Source: Thermoplasmatales archaeon
GTDB lineage: Archaea; Thermoplasmatota; Thermoplasmata; Thermoplasmatales; GCA-001856825
Direction of reading: 5' to 3'
Length of the DNA: 64,000 nt
Assembly (NCBI GenBank): GCA_026127935.1
Contig: JAJSLL010000004.1
Coordinates: 3,590 to 67,589, forward strand
Shown here piece after piece: positions 58,611 through 64,000 of this stretch; within the stretch, counting starts at the first letter, position 1; the number at the start of each line of letters is the position of its first letter. Under the pieces are notes generated by a model that was given only the letters and a program-made list of their open reading frames with translations, made no database searches and was not told the origin of the DNA. A program made the position numbers and the translations under genes.

Positions 58611-59357
58611 TTATTCAATTTCATCGTCGTATTCGTCCTCCTCGTCATTACCGTCATCGTTACTGTCGGTAATATCATCATCGTCTATTAACTGGTTCTT
58701 CTTGTCTTTTAGGATTCGGTTTACATCACGCAAGGACATGTGCATAATTCTTGCAATATTAGCCTGGCTCTCGCCATCCTCGTAAAGGTCAAACACTTTA
58801 TCTTCTCTTTCTGTTTTTTCTTCTCCAGGGTTCTTGAGGGCATTATCTATAATCGTCAGCATCATCTTTTCTATGAATTCTGACAGCTCAACGAATTTTC
58901 CTCCAATCTTCTGGCAATCTAATTGTACCTGGACTTTATTTCTCTGTCTTTCATACGTGCCCATTGCTGGTTGGTCCTCATCTATCCCTGTAATGGTCTT
59001 ATCACTTACACAGCCGTAAAGGCCCTTGTAGCAGGAGAGGAGTCTTGGTAAGTCTGCCCTCCATGCGTCTTGGGGTCCGGAATATCTGACCTTTATCGGG
59101 CGTTCTTGCGTGCTGTAGGTGGAGATATAATTAACAAGTGCCCATAAATGATACGGGTCTCTGATTATCTCTTCGTATGTTTTGTGTATTCCATGGTTTT
59201 CAAGATATTCCCTATACTGGTCTGAAAGAATTAACCATTCAAAATACGGAGGTGCGTAGCCGTCTTCTTTTTGGCTTGGGTATTCCTCCGGTATCCAGAA
59301 GTTGTTCGTTACGTCTCGCCACATATTTGGTCTTCTTTCTTTCTCACGGTATCTCAT
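58611..59357 (-). CDS. hypothetical protein with C-terminal HTH and polyacidic tail
   Basis: 248 aa. The HTH-like segment is GESQANIARIMHMSLRDVNRILK (sigma-region-4/terminase-small-subunit-like). The tail is DDDDITDSNDDGNDEEDEYDDEIE. The N-terminal 170 aa are unrecognisable. Confidence 0.55.
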   Translation of the reverse strand: MRYREKERRPNMWRDVTNNFWIPEEYPSQKEDGYAPPYFEWLILSDQYREYLENHGIHKTYEEIIRDPYHLWALVNYISTYSTQERPIKVRYSGPQDAWRADLPRLLSCYKGLYGCVSDKTITGIDEDQPAMGTYERQRNKVQVQLDCQKIGGKFVELSEFIEKMMLTIIDNALKNPGEEKTEREDKVFDLYEDGESQANIARIMHMSLRDVNRILKDKKNQLIDDDDITDSNDDGNDEEDEYDDEIE

Positions 59358-59361
59358 TATC

Positions 59362-59769
59362 TCACCTTTTTGCCGTCAGGTCTCCCATAACGGAGACGAT
59401 TGCGTGCTTGAATACAAGGACATTCTGTCCTGTTCTTGAATCTATCAGGATTATGTCATACTGGCCGAAACTGGCTAGCTTTCCTGTTATCGTCTTACCG
59501 TTCACTAGTTCTAACGTCAGCATCTTTCCTATAAGCTGTTTGCCAAAGTTGTCTATCTGTCCTGGATAGATTGTCTGGTACCTGAAATTCGGTGCTGATT
59601 TTTCCGGATCGTTGCCATGCGAATTTGTCAATTCCTTGTTTGTTGCGTCTATGCTTTCACTCATTCTATTCACTTCCCCAGGAACTAAAGCATCCTGGTC
59701 TCTGTCCTCAGAAATGGTGGACATTGAACCGGATCTCGTGTTGTCAATTTTATGATGCAGATATCTCAT
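59362..59769 (-). CDS. Hfq/Sm-like domain protein with N-terminal extension
   Basis: The C-terminal 55 aa, LIGKMLTLELVNGKTITGKLASFGQYDIILIDSRTGQNVLVFKHAIVSV, are colinear with E. coli Hfq [39 protein letters not shown]. The start is uncertain: ATG 59769 (ATGA-coupled to the upstream micro-ORF), ATG 59784 or TTG 59802. Confidence 0.6.
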   Translation of the reverse strand: MRYLHHKIDNTRSGSMSTISEDRDQDALVPGEVNRMSESIDATNKELTNSHGNDPEKSAPNFRYQTIYPGQIDNFGKQLIGKMLTLELVNGKTITGKLASFGQYDIILIDSRTGQNVLVFKHAIVSVMGDLTAKR

Positions 59770-59894
59770 TTTTCCATCCTCCATCTTTTGATTGCTTTCC
59801 AAAACCGATCAAGATATTCCATTGAGTCCAGGATCATGACAAGCATCACAAACAGGGAGAGAAATACGAGAGCAAGCAATCTGACGTATATCAT
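59766..59894 (-). CDS. micro-ORF, 42-aa single-TM protein
   Basis: Absent from the ORF track. Hand-translated as MIYVRLLALVFLSLFVMLVMILDSMEYLDRFWKAIKRWRMEK. It has ATGA overlaps at both ends (59891-59894 and 59766-59769). Confidence 0.45.
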   Translation of the reverse strand: MIYVRLLALVFLSLFVMLVMILDSMEYLDRFWKAIKRWRMEK

Positions 59895-60418
59895 TCTTCA
59901 TTACCCCCGTTATCAATTGATTTAAGAGGAGATTGAGGACTAAGACGAGCAATTACACCTTTGGAATCTATCATCTCAGAAATGGCATTGTCTGAATACC
60001 CTTTTTGAACTTTCTTTCTGGATTCAGCTAGACTCTTTCCCCTCTGTCTGAGATTGTCGGATCTTTCCTCTGAGATCTCATGGTGCTTTCCTAACCATGC
60101 TTTCTCCCTTCTCCGATATTCTCGAATGGGATCCTTGATTGTATCAGGTAGGTCAGGGTCAATTCCCTCAGTTCCCTTTCTAACTATAAAATCCCTGTTA
60201 AGCATCTCCAGGGTGAAGTATCCCTGAGCTGCTTTCCTCTTGAGTTTCTTCATGGAATTAGTTATGGTCCTGAAGTGTGGGTTTTTGCAGATACTATCTT
60301 GACTATACCATGCTTGGAGGGGATTGCTTGAAAGAGGGCACAAAGGGCATTCACATTTCCCATACAAAGGACAGCTTTCAGGTCCTTTCAATCTGTTTTC
60401 GATACTCATTTCAATCAC
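59891..60418 (-). CDS. hypothetical protein with N-terminal Cys cluster
   Basis: 175 aa with CPLYGKCECPLCPL...C near the N-terminus and a basic C-terminal half. It starts at GTG 60418 (8-nt overlap with the upstream gene) or ATG 60409. Confidence 0.5.
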   Translation of the reverse strand: MIEMSIENRLKGPESCPLYGKCECPLCPLSSNPLQAWYSQDSICKNPHFRTITNSMKKLKRKAAQGYFTLEMLNRDFIVRKGTEGIDPDLPDTIKDPIREYRRREKAWLGKHHEISEERSDNLRQRGKSLAESRKKVQKGYSDNAISEMIDSKGVIARLSPQSPLKSIDNGGNEE

Positions 60419-60656
60419 TCTCCGTCAAAAAACGAGGGTCCACGAAGGGAAGGATACTATCATGGACCCTCAAATATCTCGAAGGGCCAAAGGCAGCACG
60501 GCCAGACGGAGGTTTTGATTCTTGATCCAGCCTGCTGTCTAAGGCCCTTCCATTCAGATTAACACGCTGTAAAGAACCTGAAGGTTCGAAGTGGTAGAAT
60601 TGAATGCAATTCAAGCTGTCCTCGTAATCTATGAATTTGACAAATTCATAGGTCAT
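60411..60656 (-). CDS. hypothetical protein (81 aa)
   Basis: The track ORF 60411..60731 is trimmed to ATG 60656. This start forms an ATGA overlap with the stop of the 748-aa gene (MTYEFVKFIDYEDS...). Confidence 0.45.
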   Translation of the reverse strand: MTYEFVKFIDYEDSLNCIQFYHFEPSGSLQRVNLNGRALDSRLDQESKPPSGRAAFGPSRYLRVHDSILPFVDPRFLTESD

Positions 60657-62899
60657 TGGGATTCCCCCACGTCTATCGGTCTCTCGTAAAGAAATCCGTC
60701 TTTTGACTGATTGACAAAGCGAAATCCACAATCCTTCATTTTATCGTCAGGCCTAAAAGGTGCCAAAACGTAGATCAGGAATCGATTATTTTCTCTGTCG
60801 ATCTTGGATGCTTCCTGATTTATCGTTATGTCCTTAGACCTCACTTCTTGAATCACATCATTAAAGTGATTAACTTCCATTTCTCGGTTCAACTCGATTA
60901 GTTTAATTAACTCGTTTAACCTTTTCAGTGAATTTTCGGCTTCTATCCGTATTCTCGAAACATCCCTAGTTTTGAGAAAATCAATTAACCTCCGATTAAC
61001 TCCGTTTAACTCGTTTAACCTCAAACCCTCAATTTTTGTGTTAATTGAGTTAAACGAACTAATTGAGTTAATCAGACTAATCAAGTTAATTAAAGTCTCA
61101 TCGTTATCACTTTCACCTTCATTATTCAGGTTAAATCTACTCCTTGCCAGGTTTATGAGTTCAAGATTGGACTCAAAGACGGTATAGTTGTGAGGTCCAG
61201 TACGAAAATCTCTCCCTATGTCCAGATAGATGAGTTTCTTCTTGATCTTCGAACTGTAAGTCCGGGGATTGAATTTCTTGGTCTGATTGACACCTTCCTT
61301 ATCTGCAATTAGCCCTGCTATCTCCTTTAGGCCAATCTCGCCCTTGAAGTCTATGCTCTTGCTCTTCTCCTGTATCAGCTGTTCTAAGCCGTCTATTACT
61401 ACCTGGTCGAAAGAATCAAGCGATATCTCTATTGCCTTGTCTTTCTGGTCATATAGAAATTCCCATACCTTGTTGGTGATATCGCTGTTGCCGTTTTGTT
61501 TGTCAAAAAATCGAGCTAGGACCAATAAGGGAAATGCCTTCTCCCATTCACGGCCCCTGACTTCTATTTCCTTGCCGTTTACGTTAGCCTTGTTTGAAAT
61601 GCCCTCGGATATCACGGTTTTGATTTCCTTCCAGTAGGTCAGCGTGAAAATCATAAGGCCGTCTCTCAGCTTTCCCCATTCCGGATTGAACGCCGAAACG
61701 TTGTTATTTGCTTTCTTGCTATCTTGCGTTCGGATCATAATGAAAACATATGATCGGTCCCTTATCGTTTCTGTCACATTGTTGATCGAGCAAAGGATCT
61801 TAGGCGAATAGGTAGGATACAGGACCCTCTTATTCCTGTGGCCTACTAGTTCAAGTCTCTGGACCTTCCCACTGGCCTGGTAACCTGAGTTCACGATGGC
61901 TTCTATATCCAGTTGATTTTCTGATTTCTCCTTGACGGTCATCTTCTCGTTTTCATCCTGGATAACAGTGCCCTGGGTGTCCTTGATTGTCCGGTATAGG
62001 TTCGGGCCAGTTACCGCAACTGTCTTGAAAGCATTGAAATCAAGCTGCTCATGGATATCCCCTACCTTGCTCTTTGCCGATCCCATTTCACCCTGCATTA
62101 GAAGATAAGGAACTGCTGTAAACAGTCTATAACAATATGTCAGGACCGTATATAACGAGTGAATCGTGCTTGCATTGACATTTCTTGCAAAATCAATATA
62201 TTCCTCATAACTGCTGACAAGTGAGTTGAAAAGCGACGTAGGTTCTATCTTTTCTTCTCCTTTCAGGAATCTTTGAATCGAATCAGTGGACCATCGGTCA
62301 TCGGGTATATCGTCAGGTTCTTCCAGGATGTATTTCTCTTTCAGTAGGTCATGGGAATTGAGTAACTGGACCTCTCTCTCGGAGGTTACCAGGAATAAAC
62401 CGAGCGCCGTGGTCTCTCCTATCTTTTTTCCTTCCTTATTGAAAAGTGGTTTTAGGTAAGGCAGCTTGGTCAGGAAATATGCCTTGTCATCAAAATACTG
62501 GGATGGATTGAACTTCTTCATTTGTTGGAATATTATCTTTGACCCGTCCTTCGCATTGAAAAGTTCGCCTATATTTTCCTGGTCATTTTTAGTCTTCAGT
62601 TCCGTAATTGTTCTTTCCCTGAAATCTGCTATTTGCTGTTCTTCTCTCTCTATACTCTCGATTGTTATCTTGTCTATCTTTCCTCTCAGGTCCTTAGGTA
62701 GTTCTTTTCTATATTTACTGCATATTTTCAATGCTCTCTGGACCTGCTTGGCATTCCACTTATCTTTCTGCTCGATTAGGTATTGTGCATCCTCGCCATC
62801 CATTTTATCTATGATTTGACCGTTCTTCTCGTTTGTCTTGCCTGTATCTGTGTTCACCAGGTAGATGAGACCTTTCCTAACATCATCTAGTTGCGTCAT
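60653..62899 (-). CDS. SF3-helicase-like P-loop NTPase (replicative helicase candidate of the element)
   Basis: 748 aa. It has a Walker-A-like QGEMGSAKSKV (GxxxxAKS), a Walker-B-like GTVIQDENE and a motif-C-like ILCSINNVT in that order. It lies immediately downstream of, and overlaps by 17 nt, the PrimPol gene. The C-terminal part contains hexapeptide repeats LINLIS/LINSIS/SFNSIN. Confidence 0.6.
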   Translation of the reverse strand: MTQLDDVRKGLIYLVNTDTGKTNEKNGQIIDKMDGEDAQYLIEQKDKWNAKQVQRALKICSKYRKELPKDLRGKIDKITIESIEREEQQIADFRERTITELKTKNDQENIGELFNAKDGSKIIFQQMKKFNPSQYFDDKAYFLTKLPYLKPLFNKEGKKIGETTALGLFLVTSEREVQLLNSHDLLKEKYILEEPDDIPDDRWSTDSIQRFLKGEEKIEPTSLFNSLVSSYEEYIDFARNVNASTIHSLYTVLTYCYRLFTAVPYLLMQGEMGSAKSKVGDIHEQLDFNAFKTVAVTGPNLYRTIKDTQGTVIQDENEKMTVKEKSENQLDIEAIVNSGYQASGKVQRLELVGHRNKRVLYPTYSPKILCSINNVTETIRDRSYVFIMIRTQDSKKANNNVSAFNPEWGKLRDGLMIFTLTYWKEIKTVISEGISNKANVNGKEIEVRGREWEKAFPLLVLARFFDKQNGNSDITNKVWEFLYDQKDKAIEISLDSFDQVVIDGLEQLIQEKSKSIDFKGEIGLKEIAGLIADKEGVNQTKKFNPRTYSSKIKKKLIYLDIGRDFRTGPHNYTVFESNLELINLARSRFNLNNEGESDNDETLINLISLINSISSFNSINTKIEGLRLNELNGVNRRLIDFLKTRDVSRIRIEAENSLKRLNELIKLIELNREMEVNHFNDVIQEVRSKDITINQEASKIDRENNRFLIYVLAPFRPDDKMKDCGFRFVNQSKDGFLYERPIDVGESQ
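60886..61095. repeat. iteron-like repeat cluster and imperfect palindrome inside the NTPase gene
   Basis: Copies of TCG(T/A)TTAAC-type units lie at 60891-60901, 60909-60920, 60992-61000, 61001-61010 and 61011-61019. An exact inverted copy GTTAAACGA lies at 61049-61057. The pair CTCAATT/AATTGAG flanks a T-rich centre at about 61036. Three 18-nt direct repeats of the form TAATTGAGTTAA-N6 lie at 61060-61077 and 61078-61095, with 61042-61059 as the leading copy. Confidence 0.7.
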
Positions 62900-63767
62900 G
62901 CTTTGATTCTCCTTTCAGCATTTTTGCTACCGTCTCAGTTGCTAGGCCGTACTTTCTATTTGCAACTTCCAGGACTTCCCAGAACTTATCTCCCCTCAAA
63001 GTTCCTGGCACAGCATCGGCACAATCAATTATTCCTTCGCTGACTGCGATCCATTCAAGAACGGACCCTCCGGAATCATGCCTGAAGCAGTGCCAGACGT
63101 TTTTTTCAATATCCACTGATAGATTTATTCCTGTTTCGGATCCATGAATGGGATGCGGGCCCTGGTACTGATTTCCGAAATGCCTGAAGCCAGCGAGGTC
63201 TATTAAGTCAGCTAAGGATAACCATGCTGTATTCTTCCTATTGACTTGGGGCCTTTCCTTCTTTTCGTTTGACCTTACCATGAACGGTCTCAAGGCTTCG
63301 ATAAGCTCCTCTTTCGTTATAATCTTGATAGGGTATTCTGATTTTCTGAGGCCATAAATCGCACCATTGGGATGTATTGAACCAGGACCAACAGCGTAAC
63401 CGTTCTGCCCTTTGATATATGCTCCGTCTTTGAGTGGAATATTCCTTATCGGAGGGTTTGATATTGCATAGACATACTGGCGATGGCCTTCTCTCCCTGT
63501 AGAATACCAGTAGGTTGGCAATCTGTCATCTAAGGCCGTTTGAATTTCCTTGGTATCCGCATCAACAAAACAGCAATCACCATTAGGACAGAATAGACCA
63601 TAATTTCCTCCTTTCCTAACCCACTCTTCAATCTCTTGACTGCTGAATGCATAATTTCTCTCAGTGGTCCATCCTCTTTCAAGTGGCTCTTTACGGGCGG
63701 GTAGAAGCTTGATACATCGGAACTTCGTATCGTTAAAATCTAACGTATGCCCTGTTTCCTGTTTCAC
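62883..63767 (-). CDS. bifunctional DNA primase/polymerase (PrimPol, archaeo-eukaryotic primase superfamily) with C-terminal zinc-binding motif
   Basis: 294 aa with a GTG start. It has KLLPARKEPLERGWT, the acidic motif CCFVDADT, and STGREGHRQYVY (sGxGxH-type motif). The C-terminal HPIHGSETG...WHCFRHDSGGSVLEWI resembles a CHC2-type primase zinc finger. Confidence 0.75.
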   Translation of the reverse strand: MKQETGHTLDFNDTKFRCIKLLPARKEPLERGWTTERNYAFSSQEIEEWVRKGGNYGLFCPNGDCCFVDADTKEIQTALDDRLPTYWYSTGREGHRQYVYAISNPPIRNIPLKDGAYIKGQNGYAVGPGSIHPNGAIYGLRKSEYPIKIITKEELIEALRPFMVRSNEKKERPQVNRKNTAWLSLADLIDLAGFRHFGNQYQGPHPIHGSETGINLSVDIEKNVWHCFRHDSGGSVLEWIAVSEGIIDCADAVPGTLRGDKFWEVLEVANRKYGLATETVAKMLKGESKHDATR

Positions 63768-63883
63768 TTAAATTCCCCCACAATGAAAAATAATCCTAAA
63801 AGAAGCCCTGAAACTAAAAATATAATAGCCAGATTGATATAGTGAATTGCGGAAATTCCATTTTTCCCTTTTATTTTACACAT
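63764..63883 (-). CDS. micro-ORF, 39-aa single-TM protein
   Basis: Absent from the ORF track. Hand-translated as MCKIKGKNGISAIHYINLAIIFLVSGLLLGLFFIVGEFK. It has a GTGA overlap with the PrimPol start and a TAATG overlap with the upstream ORF. Confidence 0.4.
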   Translation of the reverse strand: MCKIKGKNGISAIHYINLAIIFLVSGLLLGLFFIVGEFK

Positions 63884-64000
63884 TAATGACCGTACCTCTC
63901 TTCTCGTTTTCCGGACAATATCTTGTCGTTCTGGTCCACGATGGACCGGTCCAGTTCCTTAAGCTCCTTCCTCAAATTTCTCAGTTGTTCCTGAACAAAT
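63883..64000 (-). CDS. hypothetical coiled-coil protein, 3' part only (gene starts beyond the right edge)
   Basis: The minus-strand frame is open to the window edge: ...FVQEQLRNLRKELKELDRSIVDQNDKILSGKREERYGH, then stop. Confidence 0.4.
   Translation of the reverse strand, partial: FVQEQLRNLRKELKELDRSIVDQNDKILSGKREERYGH

Larger units (their letters stand above)
56216..64000. mobile_element. integrated plasmid/virus-like element (partial; right end beyond the window)
   Basis: The content switches abruptly from housekeeping genes to unrecognisable ORFs, and the stretch is visibly more AT-rich. It has a PrimPol plus SF3-like NTPase replication module, an RHH regulator, an HTH protein and an Hfq-like protein. 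An AT-rich gene-free junction lies at 56216-56442. Decayed genes lie just outside the left border. Confidence 0.7.

Noticed and set aside
1-64000. CRISPR arrays, rRNA and tRNA genes
   Set aside because: Reading both strands, I found no regularly spaced direct repeats, no rRNA-like conserved stretches and no foldable tRNA. The only tandem or iterated repeats are those at 6513-6546 and 60886-61095.

Overview
The window is archaeal chromosomal DNA. The gene content points to a Thermoplasmata-like euryarchaeon: proteasome alpha, the SBDS/Rrp4/Rrp41/Rrp42 exosome superoperon, L37ae, RpoP, Pus10, L21e, RpoF, aIF5A, sn-glycerol-1-phosphate dehydrogenase, RFC small subunit, Hjc, a crenarchaeal-type SSB, and a glucose dehydrogenase/gluconate dehydratase cluster. 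About 0-53 kb is densely packed housekeeping DNA: sulfoquinovose sugar activation, riboflavin synthesis, ValRS, translation and RNA processing, a DtxR-type metal regulator with an NRAMP transporter, polyamine/hypusine genes, and sugar oxidation. About 53-56 kb is looser, with a PiT/DUF47 phosphate transporter pair flanked by decayed membrane-gene remnants. From about 56.2 kb to the right edge the character changes. This stretch is visibly more AT-rich and consists almost entirely of unrecognisable ORFs. It looks like an integrated plasmid- or virus-like element. It carries a PrimPol gene and a separate SF3-like P-loop NTPase gene, which holds an iteron-like repeat cluster inside its coding sequence. 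It also carries an Hfq/Sm-like protein with an N-terminal extension, an HTH protein with a polyacidic tail, and a chain of start/stop-overlapping genes that includes two micro-ORFs missing from the ORF track. A 2.3-kb cassette inside it holds a ribbon-helix-helix gene, a 4-TM membrane protein and three small tandem ORFs, and is bracketed by an imperfect direct repeat. No integrase and no second element border are visible in the window. I found no rRNA, tRNA or CRISPR array by eye. All family calls rest on motifs recognised by reading the translations, because no searches could be run.
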